Below the pieces are notes generated by a model, which ran no database searches, was not told where the DNA came from, and was given only the letters and a program-made list of their open reading frames with translations. Of a stretch of 64,000 nucleotides of DNA, positions 48,266 to 58,602 are shown piece after piece; position 1 is the first letter of the stretch, and each line of letters begins with the position of its first letter. The DNA comes from a virus (Duplodnaviria > Caudoviricetes): positions 64,001 to 128,000 of the IMG/VR virus record IMGVR_UViG_3300035499_000517; one strand, written 5' to 3'. Made by a program: the position numbers and the translations under genes.

Positions 48266-49068
48266 GTGATACGAAAATTGGGAAATTTCACCCAAAGAGT
48301 TTCAAGAATGTAGAGCGAATCATCTTTACAGCCGAGTCTCATATTTACATGGATAAAGAATCTATCTTTGTATTAGAACCAGCTTGTTTAGGTGAGTGGA
48401 TGTTGTCAGAATATATCGAGAATGAAAATACGATGGTTAATCTGGATGTAACATATTCACCGACTTCGGATTTGGAAGCCTTATCAGATATGCTAAATAA
48501 AATATTGAAAGAAGATCCGGAGAAAGAATATGATTATGTGATCGAACTGGAAAGTGCTGCAGATTCTATAAACATGGTCTTTGATCGTGAATGGATGGAA
48601 TGCAGATTCCGCTGTGATGTACGTATGGAGGCCTATCATTACCCATGTTCATTTATGGTTCCTGAGTCTTTCTATAAGAAGGTCTATACGACAATGCTGG
48701 AATCAATCTATCTGAAGTTATTGGGTGATAAAGGTGGAGTGAAAGGAGCTGTAAAACCTATTCCACCAGTAAAAGAATCTAACCAGATTGCTCATGAAAT
48801 GCGTAAAGGTAGATCAGGGCTTAATCTAAAATTGATGAATCAGATGATCAATGCAATTGAGGACGCAAGAGATGCAGGATTTTATACAATCGGGATTATA
48901 CTGGCGTATAATCCTGGTGTAAATTCAAGGTCTACATTGAATTATTTCGTGAAGGCTGGTTATGATATCATGATAAACATACATGAGAAGAATTATAAGC
49001 TGATAATCTCTTGGGAAGATGGAGAGAGAAAAGTCGGCAGATATTATGACAATACAGGAGGGCTTTAG
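48262..49068 (+). CDS. Hypothetical protein, family B
   Basis: TLNYFVKAGYDI...LIISWE; ATG 48262 after AAGGAGG. Confidence 0.78.
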   Translation: MSDTKIGKFHPKSFKNVERIIFTAESHIYMDKESIFVLEPACLGEWMLSEYIENENTMVNLDVTYSPTSDLEALSDMLNKILKEDPEKEYDYVIELESAADSINMVFDREWMECRFRCDVRMEAYHYPCSFMVPESFYKKVYTTMLESIYLKLLGDKGGVKGAVKPIPPVKESNQIAHEMRKGRSGLNLKLMNQMINAIEDARDAGFYTIGIILAYNPGVNSRSTLNYFVKAGYDIMINIHEKNYKLIISWEDGERKVGRYYDNTGGL

Positions 49069-49071
49069 AAT

Positions 49072-50058
49072 ATGGCAAAAGAAAAAGTTGAAAGACTGAC
49101 TGTTGAAAATTATTACTTTCAATCAAATATTCCATTCACAAAGTTTGAACTGAGCAGTTTAGCAAATGTGATATACATGGAATTTCGGCATAGTAGTAAA
49201 TTTGTATTGGGGAGAGAAACTGTATGGGTTGCAACACATACCGATGTTCGGAAAATCCATAAGATTTTAGAGTCTGGAGAAGATATGAAGATGCCTAAAG
49301 GAACCAATCTAGCTGATAAATACGAAGACAAGAGTCATTGGTTTATTGCAGAATATGATTTTAAACAGCATTATTATATTGCAATTGATGAATATGCACT
49401 CACCGATGATGAATTCCTGGAGTTGTTAAATCTTGATCTTGTGGAGCATTATACTGCAGTAACCGATAGTGATTATATCTATGATTATTCATCAAAGTTA
49501 GCTATTTCACGAACGATAGCTACAAAGAATCAACAAGTCGTTTCGCGTCAAATGATGGAGAAACACCATAATCAGATTGCTAAGGTCAATCTTTGGGGAA
49601 TATTCAATATAACGGAATCCACCTACAAAGAAAAAGTATTTAACAATTCTGAACGGTGGATGGATTCAATGAATTTCGATGCAGTTATCTGTAGAAAGCT
49701 TAGCATGGGCTTTCTTGAGGAGAAGTCCATGGAATCTATGTTTGGAACCATGAAGAACTCTGAAATCAAGATGATTCGTAAATGGAGAAAGAAGGTCCTC
49801 AATGCAGTCATTAAAGGAAGAGGTAGTTGCAAGTTTAAAGAAACCAATGGTGAAAAGATCACTATTGCTGTGTTAAACCCTTTCCTCGATAATGGTTTTA
49901 GCATCATGCTTATAAAGAGCACACCTCTCAAATACTACGTTCACATCTTATGGAATGATCAAAAGAAGAAAGGTGATAAATTACATGGAAAGTTCGTATA
50001 CGTAGATAATGAATCAAATGCGGAAAAATCTAATGTGGAAGGAGAAGACAAAAAATGA
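49072..50058 (+). CDS. Hypothetical protein, family B
   Basis: VLNPFLDNGFSI...VHILWN. Confidence 0.75.
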   Translation: MAKEKVERLTVENYYFQSNIPFTKFELSSLANVIYMEFRHSSKFVLGRETVWVATHTDVRKIHKILESGEDMKMPKGTNLADKYEDKSHWFIAEYDFKQHYYIAIDEYALTDDEFLELLNLDLVEHYTAVTDSDYIYDYSSKLAISRTIATKNQQVVSRQMMEKHHNQIAKVNLWGIFNITESTYKEKVFNNSERWMDSMNFDAVICRKLSMGFLEEKSMESMFGTMKNSEIKMIRKWRKKVLNAVIKGRGSCKFKETNGEKITIAVLNPFLDNGFSIMLIKSTPLKYYVHILWNDQKKKGDKLHGKFVYVDNESNAEKSNVEGEDKK

Positions 50059-50570
50059 TATTCGACAAGAAATATTTAACTGTAGCTTGTAATGTTACAC
50101 TGGAAGGTCTGATCAAACAATTATCAGACCTTCCTTGTGTTGATGCAATCATTCATGTAAATGGGAATGATCTATTTTCTATAACACTTCCCGATCACAT
50201 CAGTAATCGTGAACTTAAAATCATTTCTAGCAATGAGGTTAAAGGTGACTATTTGACATGGAATGTAAAGAATGTAAATCTGTGGAATTTTGTTGATCAT
50301 TTAAGCTTGTTTGGAGGTTTTAAAGATGCAAGAATCAAGCTGAATGGAAAATCAATTTTCTACATTCATGTTGCAATGGATAGGTCTATTGTAGAAATCA
50401 GTGATAACCCACTTGAATATGATTATCCTAATGATGATATCCACATTCAGATCAATGGTTCTATCATGTCAACAAAAGAAAGGTCAATTATTGAGTTCTC
50501 TGATAAGAGGTCTTATAAATTAGAGTCTCAGGATGGTTGTGTTTCAGCTGATAATGGAGAACCTGTTTAA
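50055..50570 (+). CDS. Hypothetical protein with internally duplicated module shared with next gene
   Basis: FDKKY...LSDLP...IHVNGNDLFSI and LSLF...IKLNGKSIFYIHV. Confidence 0.75.
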   Translation: MIFDKKYLTVACNVTLEGLIKQLSDLPCVDAIIHVNGNDLFSITLPDHISNRELKIISSNEVKGDYLTWNVKNVNLWNFVDHLSLFGGFKDARIKLNGKSIFYIHVAMDRSIVEISDNPLEYDYPNDDIHIQINGSIMSTKERSIIEFSDKRSYKLESQDGCVSADNGEPV

Positions 50571-50585
50571 AAGGAGGAAGTAAGT

Positions 50586-51158
50586 ATGTTTGATCCAAAG
50601 TATTTTGCAATGGTAACTGGAGCCACCGTAAAGGGGCTCCGCGATTATTTAGCATCTCTGCCGAATCAGAATGCAGAGATCAATGTCGAAGGAGACAATC
50701 TCTTTTACATCCATGTAGAAGAGGATGGATCTCTCGTCAATTTTGACGACAATATGATGCTCGAGCAGTATAAGGATGATGTAGACAACGCTCTCATAAA
50801 GCTTACTGGAGGAACCGGAGGGATAAATGCAAGGACAGCTCGTTTAGACGCAATCATATCAAAGAGGAGATTCTTCTGGAATATTATTGACACGAAGATT
50901 GATGCTGGTGAAACTGAATGTCAGATCGATTTTAATACAGTTAGTGCTATCGACATTGAGTTCCTGGAAGACCTGATACATTCTGGGTTTGATCTTTATA
51001 TCCCGAAAATAACAATGCTCAGTCAGCGGTGTCCGGTCATTGTTGATTGGTTTGAAGGGAAGCCCAAGGATGGTGAATTTGTTGATTTGAATGACAAGAT
51101 CTATCTTGAGAATGGGCATCTCGTAGTAAGAGAAGATGTAAACAAAGGAGTTGATTAG
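50586..51158 (+). CDS. Hypothetical protein, family B
   Basis: FDPKY...LASLP...INVEGDNLFYIHV N-module; FLEDLIHSGFDL...VIVDWF. Confidence 0.78.
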   Translation: MFDPKYFAMVTGATVKGLRDYLASLPNQNAEINVEGDNLFYIHVEEDGSLVNFDDNMMLEQYKDDVDNALIKLTGGTGGINARTARLDAIISKRRFFWNIIDTKIDAGETECQIDFNTVSAIDIEFLEDLIHSGFDLYIPKITMLSQRCPVIVDWFEGKPKDGEFVDLNDKIYLENGHLVVREDVNKGVD

Positions 51159-51163
51159 TAAAG

Positions 51164-52069
51164 ATGATTAGTGAACTTATTAAGGTAACTGCAAAAGATG
51201 CTGAAGAACTTGATAAAATAAAGACTGAACTTAAGAAAGCTACAAACAAGCTTTACGGAGAACAAAAGAAATCCGAAGATGTTTATAATCCTTGGTTCCG
51301 GAGTGAGGCTTTAATTAATGGAAGTATTCATGACGTTGTATTTTATGGAATGATATCAAAAGATGATCAATCTTTTGGTACATATTTCTTCCATTATGTG
51401 AAGCATAACACTTGGAGATTATTTCAATACCAACCGGAAATGCTTACACTGGTAAGAGATTTGGAGATGGAATTTGAGACAGATGGTTTGATTTCATTCC
51501 TTAGCAGTCGGTTTGATGCAGAGATCATTGCTGTTCATGACGTACTTTATATCATGAAAGGAATGGACTTAAACATGCTCGACTTATATAAGGAAAATAT
51601 CCGGAAAGTTGTCGAGGATTTGTATATTGAAGAGCTTGGTTCACTTTGTATACCTGCAGTGAAGAAATCAGAAGAGAACGAGCTCTCCGAGGATAATTCC
51701 TATAGAACATTTTGCATTAAATCTGCAGAAGAGATGTGTACTGCCTCTCGTGAAGCAAATCTTAGAGAGATTGAACTTGATAATCTGCGGAGAAAATGGA
51801 TGCATGAAATCGAGAATGTTGCAAGTAAAGGTCCTTGTGAAGTGGAAAGTATTGCCTTAAAGGATGAAATCACAGTACAGGTAATTCGGGAATTCCAGGA
51901 TCAGGGATATGATATTCATGTCTCACCGATTAAAAGAGCAACGATTCCGGGCACTCCGGAAGAAGTCCTTGTTGTTTTATCATGGATAAAGGGACTGAAA
52001 AAGGACGGAACTTTAATCATTATTAACAACTGTCTGGAGGACGTTGGTCTTTCTGCACCTACTTTATAA
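51164..52069 (+). CDS. Hypothetical protein, family B
   Basis: VIREFQDQGYDI...VVLSWI; followed by terminator ~52074-52103. Confidence 0.78.
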   Translation: MISELIKVTAKDAEELDKIKTELKKATNKLYGEQKKSEDVYNPWFRSEALINGSIHDVVFYGMISKDDQSFGTYFFHYVKHNTWRLFQYQPEMLTLVRDLEMEFETDGLISFLSSRFDAEIIAVHDVLYIMKGMDLNMLDLYKENIRKVVEDLYIEELGSLCIPAVKKSEENELSEDNSYRTFCIKSAEEMCTASREANLREIELDNLRRKWMHEIENVASKGPCEVESIALKDEITVQVIREFQDQGYDIHVSPIKRATIPGTPEEVLVVLSWIKGLKKDGTLIIINNCLEDVGLSAPTL

Positions 52070-52124
52070 GAATAAAAAGAAGGGAGTTAATCCCTTCTTT
52101 TTTATCCATTTAGATTTTCTTCAT

Positions 52125-52143
52125 TTTCATTTATATAATATTT
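52125..52143 (+). promoter_or_regulatory. Putative early promoter motif
   Basis: TTTCATTTATATAATATTT. Confidence 0.7.
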
Positions 52144-52241
52144 TGGTGATGTAAGAGAAGAAAAAGAATCTTATGTCAAGAAACTAAGGGCCAAAATTAC
52201 TATGGTCCGAAAATAAATTTATTCCAAAAGGAGGAAATATT

Positions 52242-53006
52242 ATGTTTAATGAGAGTCTTTTAAAACATGCGAAAGAGGTAGCGTTTATCGGCAAAGGTAT
52301 TATCAATGAGGGCAAGGAGGTCGTTTACGTACTGAGGAAGAGATCAGCTGGTGATACCTTCACGCTGATGGAGTATATTGGTGGTAAAGACATACTCGTA
52401 ATGCTCGAGTACAATATCACACCGGATCGCGGCGTCATCATCTTCGAGAACTTATCGGTTTCTGAAAGATACATCTACATGAAGGGTGAAACCATGAAGT
52501 TTGATCTTCCGTCTGAGGAAATCAAAGACAGAGTTTATATGGATTACAAACACATGATGTATGGTTTGAAAGGAATCAACCGGGTGCTTTCAAGAGACGA
52601 TTATGTTATCGAGTGCATCAACAATGCTGAGGATCCAGCGGTAGTAGATAACGAAGCCGATGACAAGGAAACGGTTACATTAGAGCTTCCGACTGCTGCA
52701 AAATCTTTCGAGGATGGTGGTGCACGTGAGATTGAGAATTACATCAAATATATCAACAAAGCCGTTGCTAATGGGAAACGTGAAACGTATTTAACGGATG
52801 GTACAAGTTGGCTTCCAAGAAGGGAGCACATTGAGTATCTTGTAAATGCTGGCTACGACATCAATGTTGAGAAAATCTCTGGCAACTATCACGTTGTTGC
52901 AAACTGGGACTCCGCAAAGGAATCCGGAGGCAAAATCATGTATTCAGTATTTGGTGGAGCTGATGAACCGAAAGAGGTGTCGTTAGACTTCTTCGAAAAG
53001 AAGTAA
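52242..53006 (+). CDS. Hypothetical protein, family B
   Basis: HIEYLVNAGYDI...VVANWD; SD AAGGAGG. Confidence 0.8.
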   Translation: MFNESLLKHAKEVAFIGKGIINEGKEVVYVLRKRSAGDTFTLMEYIGGKDILVMLEYNITPDRGVIIFENLSVSERYIYMKGETMKFDLPSEEIKDRVYMDYKHMMYGLKGINRVLSRDDYVIECINNAEDPAVVDNEADDKETVTLELPTAAKSFEDGGAREIENYIKYINKAVANGKRETYLTDGTSWLPRREHIEYLVNAGYDINVEKISGNYHVVANWDSAKESGGKIMYSVFGGADEPKEVSLDFFEKK

Positions 53007-53019
53007 GAAGTGAGAAAAG

Positions 53020-53059
53020 AAAAAGAGAGACTACCGGATTTGGTGTCTCTCTTTTTTTT
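53020..53059. terminator. Bidirectional intrinsic terminator
   Basis: AAAAAGAGAGAC...GTCTCTCTTTTTTTT. Confidence 0.8.
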
Positions 53060-53063
53060 GTAT

Positions 53064-54207
53064 TTATAATTTGAGTAAGTCTTCCAGTGGAGATTCTGCT
53101 TCATGCGTTCCTTTTCGACTTCGGTTAATTGCGGTTGATACCATATCATCAAAAGACTCAAAGGTCATTCCAGTAAAGGTTGAAGTAACCTGACAAATCC
53201 TTCGAATAGAAGCCATCTCATAATCGAACTGGTTCCAATCAGGATTCTTACCAATTACCTTTGCAAACTTATATGCCGGATTTCTCTTCCATCGATATGC
53301 CGTACTTAATACGACTTCCTGAATTACAGAAGGAACTCCAAAGTTTACTTTATTCATCTTCTGATTCTTTCTCCATAACCAAATCGATTCTTTGTATGGA
53401 ACTGTTGAAGGAATCTTTCCATAGTTTACAAATCGCAGCATTAACTGTGCATTTGTTGAATCTTCTAAGACTTCTCCAACACAGAATTTATGCCCTTTCG
53501 AATAACTGTAGACAGTACAGCCTGTCTTTCCAATACCTGGTAAGTTAATTACCTTATGCTCGTATTCATACGTATAATACGTATTCCAGCTTGGTACTTT
53601 TAAAGTATCAAAGTGATCAAATTCACCATTCTTATAAATACCAACTGTTGTAATACCAAACAAACGTAACTGTCCAGGTGCTGTTTCTGCCATCAAACTA
53701 TTCTTGAAATAGCTATCCGGAACGTATAACTCAAAGTAAGGAACATCAATCGCAATATCCGTTCCATCAGCTTTAAAAATATTCTGACGACTAAGTAACA
53801 TATCATTCATATCAAGCTTTTGGAATCGAAGTGTACTATCATGAAACTTCTTCATATTCAAGTTGGTAAGTGTAGTAGCAATCTTATTACTATCCAAACC
53901 AACAAATTTTGAATCTAATATTCCAGCACATTTCGAACAAATCTTTCCACTCTTTGTACCTTTACAGCACATCGGAGAATACATATGGATGAGTCTTCCA
54001 TTGTAAGTGGAAGCATTATCTTTTGTAAGTAAAACGGTTTCCCCGTTATCATTAATATATCTTCTTGCAAAGTCATTGATGTCATTTGCATCAAAGATGA
54101 AATCAAGTGTAGTTTCTGTTCCACAATCAGTTCCATCTTCATCAACAACTTCTGTTTGGTTACCTGCCATAAGCTGTTTCGCTAAGTATCCTGAATCTGA
54201 AGTACCT
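53064..54207 (-). CDS. rpoC: RNAP beta' subunit (probably virion RNAP), exon 3
   Basis: GTSDSGYLAKQL (bridge helix), DCGT, SPMCC...ICSKCAG zinc site, MKKFH trigger-loop region, STFTGMTFE C-terminal motif. Confidence 0.88.
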
Positions 54208-54687
54208 CATTATGAATTGCCTAATTTCATAACAGACTATATCTTCATCTCAAATATTCTATTACCAAATATTTGAGAGCTCTCCATTTGGGATTTTTGA
54301 TATCATTAGATATCTCACCTACATTTCGCTCTATTATTGAGCCTACTCGCTTCGTGTAGATATTTCAATCTACCTTATTTTCAAACCAGCTACTACTATT
54401 ATAGTATTTAGAGATTTCTCTCAATCTGGTTGTCTAGCTTTCCCTAGTCGTTGAACGTTACAGTATCTTGTACTGTCTTCGCAGCGGATTTTCCATTCAC
54501 ATGAATCTTGTTACTGTACCTAAGGCATTACCCTTCGCCCTTAGAATATCACTACTCTAAGTTAGTAATTCATATGTTAATTGGTACAACTGGCTACTAG
54601 TTGCATGTAACGACAAAGTTACATCTTTCCCGCGTAAAGAGAGGTTTATATAACGACTCACGCCGTTATGCGGCATATATTAAAAAG
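54208..54687 (-). ncRNA. Group I intron (480 nt, no ORF)
   Basis: P1 GCGGU/GCCGC with U-G at 5' splice site; P TTTACGCGGGAA, Q AATCCGCTGC, R TCAACGACTA, S AAGATATAGTC; terminal G; splicing restores PKAV-GTSDSGY. Confidence 0.92.
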
Positions 54688-55657
54688 ACCGCCTTGGGGT
54701 ATGCCCCCTGTACTACAGAATTGGATGCCGGGGTGAAATCTTCTTTACGAAGTCCATCGTTGAAAGAAGTTTTCATAATATCATACTTTCCAGTATTAGG
54801 ATTTATAACAGCACCACGCATCAAGAAGATATTTTTCATATGGTTGTTGATATCACCACGAGCTCCAGAATTGTAAAGGTCAAATCCCGGATCATCTTTA
54901 ATAATATCAACCATCGCATCAATAAGTTGCTTCTCGATTTTATTAGCCGTCAGAATATCTCCCTCAGCTAATTCCTTTTCGTATTTCTTGAAAAGTTCAT
55001 CACGAAGCTTCTTTACTGATACTGGGGTTTTTACAGTTTTCTCCGTAAGAGATACTGTAATGAGACCATGTAACTGGAGCCCTAACCAATCGCGATGGTC
55101 AATGTATTTACGGAAATCAGTCGTTGTAATTTTATCAGAGATAAGAAGTTGTGTTACTTCTTCCTCATAGTTGACTGCTTTCTTTTTTACTAATACTTCA
55201 TTGTTGTATGGGAAAAATCTACGGAAACCTAAACGATCAATCATGATCTTATTCCAACAAATTCTACCAACAGTCGTTTCACAAGCACGTGGATTATGAT
55301 ACTCATTTGCTTTTAATGAAACGATATCAGTGCATTCATATTTAGACTTCTTAATTGTAGATTTTCCATTCTTGTCTGTAACTTTCCTATCGGCGAATAA
55401 ATCAGAAAGGAAAGCAAAATCGAAATCTTTTGGATCCCTTTCGAGTAATTCACGTTTGAATTCTTCTGGAACATGACGGCTATCTGTGTAAGGTTCACGA
55501 GTCATATCATAAAATGTCTGATACACCTCGTATTTAATCTTTCTTACATTTTCTCCACTTGAAGAGATGAAGAAGGATTTCGATTTCATGACCTTATCAC
55601 ATTCAGCATTTGCCTCTTGTGTCCAGAGGAATTTAATTGTAACCTGATCACCATCAT
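54688..55657 (-). CDS. rpoC: RNAP beta' subunit, exon 2
   Basis: Starts within YDGDQ; TTVGR, SGARG, GL motifs of beta'. Confidence 0.9.
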
Positions 55658-55986
55658 CAATCTGGTTTCTCATACTCTCGTATGAAGTTTAGACTATATC
55701 TTCGTTAATATAATTAACACTCTCCGTTTCGGATTGTTTCACCTACATTTCGCCCTATGATTGAGCCTACTCGGTTCAGATATTGCTATCTGCCTTTCCC
55801 TAGCCGTTGAGCCCATATCTCGATGAGATACTTCGCTGCGTCGATCATCTCTATTCTTAACCTTGATTACCATATCTCCGGAGTTACCCTTTGCCCTTGG
55901 ACTGTCGCCATTCCAAGTTGGTAGTTAGACTTAACGAGACTTCCCCGCGATTAGAAGAGTTTAAGGTGACCTATAGTGATGGGTTA
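55658..55986 (-). ncRNA. Group I intron (329 nt, no ORF) in catalytic DYDGD motif
   Basis: P1 GGUGACU/GGUCACC with U-G; P10 CCAUCA/UGAUGG; P AATCGCGGGGAA, R TCAACGGCTA, S AAGATATAGTC; terminal G; splicing gives GGD-Y-DGDQ. Confidence 0.93.
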
Positions 55987-57418
55987 AGTCACCCCCGAGT
56001 CCTGCAAGATATGAATTGGAAAACTGCAGTGTATCTATGAACTGCGTTGCGTTCTTCTCTCGTGGACACAGGAAATTTTGCTTTGGAAAATGCTTGTAAA
56101 TCATTCCATTGATTTGAACGACTTCTGTTTGGAGTGTTGCAATTGGATTGATTTCAGAGACAAAGATTCCATAAGCATCAGATACAGGGTAACGTGTAAT
56201 GATCGCATGTTGATTCTTTGTGCAATCATACGCTGCCATGTAAAGAATGTCATTTACAGTCATCGGACGGTTTGAAATTGTGGAAAGTTCATGTGTTCCA
56301 CTTGGGTCCATTCGCTTTCCTGTAAATAACACATCATTGTATTCATCTTTTGCAATTGGTGCTTTAATGGGGTCAAACCTTGATTCAGGATCATGCATGT
56401 AAAGAGTCATCATATCTTCAATATACTGATCGGAGAAATAAAGCTCCGGTTTGTATAAAGCAATATAATCAATCTTCTGCTCCCCTGTTTTCTTATCGGT
56501 TTTAATGATTGGAACCTGCTCTTTGTTTGTGATAAAATTTCTCTGGAAGAAAGATTTTAACCAATTAACCATAAAAGGAGCATCCAAGTCACAAATCTGT
56601 GAAACGGGAACTCCAGTAATACCGAATCGGCTTCCAGTCTCTTCCGGACTATTATCATGATACAAAGGGCAAGAAATAACAGAACGTACACAGTTGTCTA
56701 CGTTCTTTCCCATTAAGTACTTTCGTATGATACCATTCTTTTTCTCCAGCTTCCGCTTAAAGGTATCATAAATTTCACAAAGTAATTTCTGAATCATATA
56801 ATGAGTTCCATGAAGGGTAAAGTCATACATGTCTTTATCTCTTATCACTTTGCTCAAACGAATCAGCTTTGTGTACATATTATTCAGTGGATCTGTTTCT
56901 CCACCTCCATCACTTCCCGGCATAATGTCGCGGTAAAAGACAGGAATGATGATCATCTTATCTACAAAGATTTGATTTTTTGGGGTCTTTGTCAAAAGGT
57001 CAACACGTTCATCACGCATTGCAGAAGACGCTTCATCTATCTTCAATTTCCAATTGATTTTCTCCCAATTCTCATAGATAAATTCGATGCCTGTTTGCCC
57101 GTTCTCATCATCTTGTACGAGTTCGCCTTTTGGAGTAATGGAATAATACTCAGCTCCATTTACAATGCGCTCGATGTTTCTATATAATCGCCTTAATGAT
57201 TTATAGACATGAGGATGAAAAAAGTGCCCATAGAGGGTCACATACGCATATCTATTTTTTCTGGAACGAGTATCGATACCAAATATTTCGTTGGATAATA
57301 AACCACCGGGATCTGCGACTCCTCCTCTTGCAAATACAATTGGAGAAGTGACTTCTTTTAAGTGATTCAATCCGACGAAGTCATCAAAATTAAATAATTC
57401 GACTTTAATTGTTATCAC
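55987..57418 (-). CDS. rpoC: RNAP beta' subunit, exon 1
   Basis: GLLSNEIFG, IIPVFYRD, LNNMY, GIIRKYLMGKNVD...RSVIS, ITRYP, ends LAGLGGD. Confidence 0.9.
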
Positions 57419-57429
57419 CTCATTTCTCT

Positions 57430-57441
57430 TATGAGATTGTC
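57430..57441 (-). promoter_or_regulatory. Putative late promoter variant GACA-N6-TA
   Basis: Minus strand GACAATCTCATA directly upstream of beta' gene. Confidence 0.5.
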
Positions 57442-57453
57442 CAAAAATGCAAA

Positions 57454-57472
57454 TTTTACTTATATATTATCT
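57454..57472 (+). promoter_or_regulatory. Putative early promoter motif
   Basis: TTTTACTTATATATTATCT. Confidence 0.75.
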
Positions 57473-57519
57473 TTATGAAGTCTATAGAAAAGCTTTCTTA
57501 AGAAAAGGAGAAATGAGAC

Positions 57520-58587
57520 ATGAGTGAATTGACAAAGAACGAGATGTTAGAAGCAATGGCAAAGATTCAGATGCGTTCGTATGGGACACATGGAATTTTC
57601 AATCGTTACACAACTCCAGAGATCATCAATAAGAACTGGGTTGAACAGATCTTTTTGGATGGTGAATTCCACTGTAATTACTGCTTTGCGTTTTTCCGGG
57701 AGTTAATAAAGAAGGATGCTGTCCTTCTTAACAAAAAGGGAAAGACCTTAGATGTAAAGGAGCGTATTTCACTGGATTACACAACAACCTGGAATGAGCT
57801 TGCCCAAGTAGTATCAGACATCATAGCTGCAACAAATGGCGATATCGTTGCAAGTATGACAGATTTAAAGAAAGCGTTACTGAAGGCATGTGTTGACTTT
57901 TACATGACAACACATTTTGTGATTCCGGCAGAGCTTGCTGAACATGGATACAACACGTTTACATCAGAAAACTTGTACGAGGATTGTCAGATTGAGTGTG
58001 TAGTTCCAGATATTTCTTTTGGTTATAAGCTTCATGGTTTGGATAACGTTGATACGGTGAAGTTACAAGAGATCACTGCTTCAAGTGGAGATATCGCAGC
58101 AAATATCACATCTGGTGATATTAATTTATGGAATGATGCAGCGCATAAGGTCGGTGTTATCATTAACTCATTGATGGACGCGTATGAATTTGTAATGGAC
58201 GATTTCCGGTTACGCATGTACAACTTCGTCGATTATCTATATCATAATGCAATGCTTGAAGATGATGATTATGAATACGGTGAAGCTCTACTATATTCTG
58301 TTAGTGAGATTGAGCGGATTCAGTATTCACCTATCATCCGGCTTCTTGAAGAGAACCCAAATCTCAGACGTGTAATGGAAGTAATGGCGGCTAGTTACGG
58401 GGATTATGTAAATCAAGTGTTCGCTGATAAACTTGCAGAAGCTATGTTTAGCATGTTTCAGATTGAACTTATGCGCGGTGGCGATACTGATAAGACGATC
58501 CCAGCTCTTTCTGAGAAAGTTCGGATTGAGCATTCAGTGAACTATACTCGTCCAGTTATCAAACACATGGGGAAACAGGATGATTAA
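57520..58587 (+). CDS. Hypothetical early protein
   Basis: 355 aa; SD AAGGAG. Confidence 0.8.
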   Translation: MSELTKNEMLEAMAKIQMRSYGTHGIFNRYTTPEIINKNWVEQIFLDGEFHCNYCFAFFRELIKKDAVLLNKKGKTLDVKERISLDYTTTWNELAQVVSDIIAATNGDIVASMTDLKKALLKACVDFYMTTHFVIPAELAEHGYNTFTSENLYEDCQIECVVPDISFGYKLHGLDNVDTVKLQEITASSGDIAANITSGDINLWNDAAHKVGVIINSLMDAYEFVMDDFRLRMYNFVDYLYHNAMLEDDDYEYGEALLYSVSEIERIQYSPIIRLLEENPNLRRVMEVMAASYGDYVNQVFADKLAEAMFSMFQIELMRGGDTDKTIPALSEKVRIEHSVNYTRPVIKHMGKQDD

Positions 58588-58602
58588 AAAAATCAACTTA
58601 AT

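Noticed and set aside
54208-55986. Intron-encoded homing endonucleases; short ORFs such as 54007..54276 and 54601..54876
   Set aside because: Introns are only 480 and 329 nt with no HNH, GIY-YIG or LAGLIDADG motifs; the short ORFs are antisense shadows.
53064-57418. Naturally split RNAP subunits, frameshifts or a pseudogene
   Set aside because: The gaps contain complete group I P/Q/R/S cores, and canonical splice sites restore the frame and conserved motifs.
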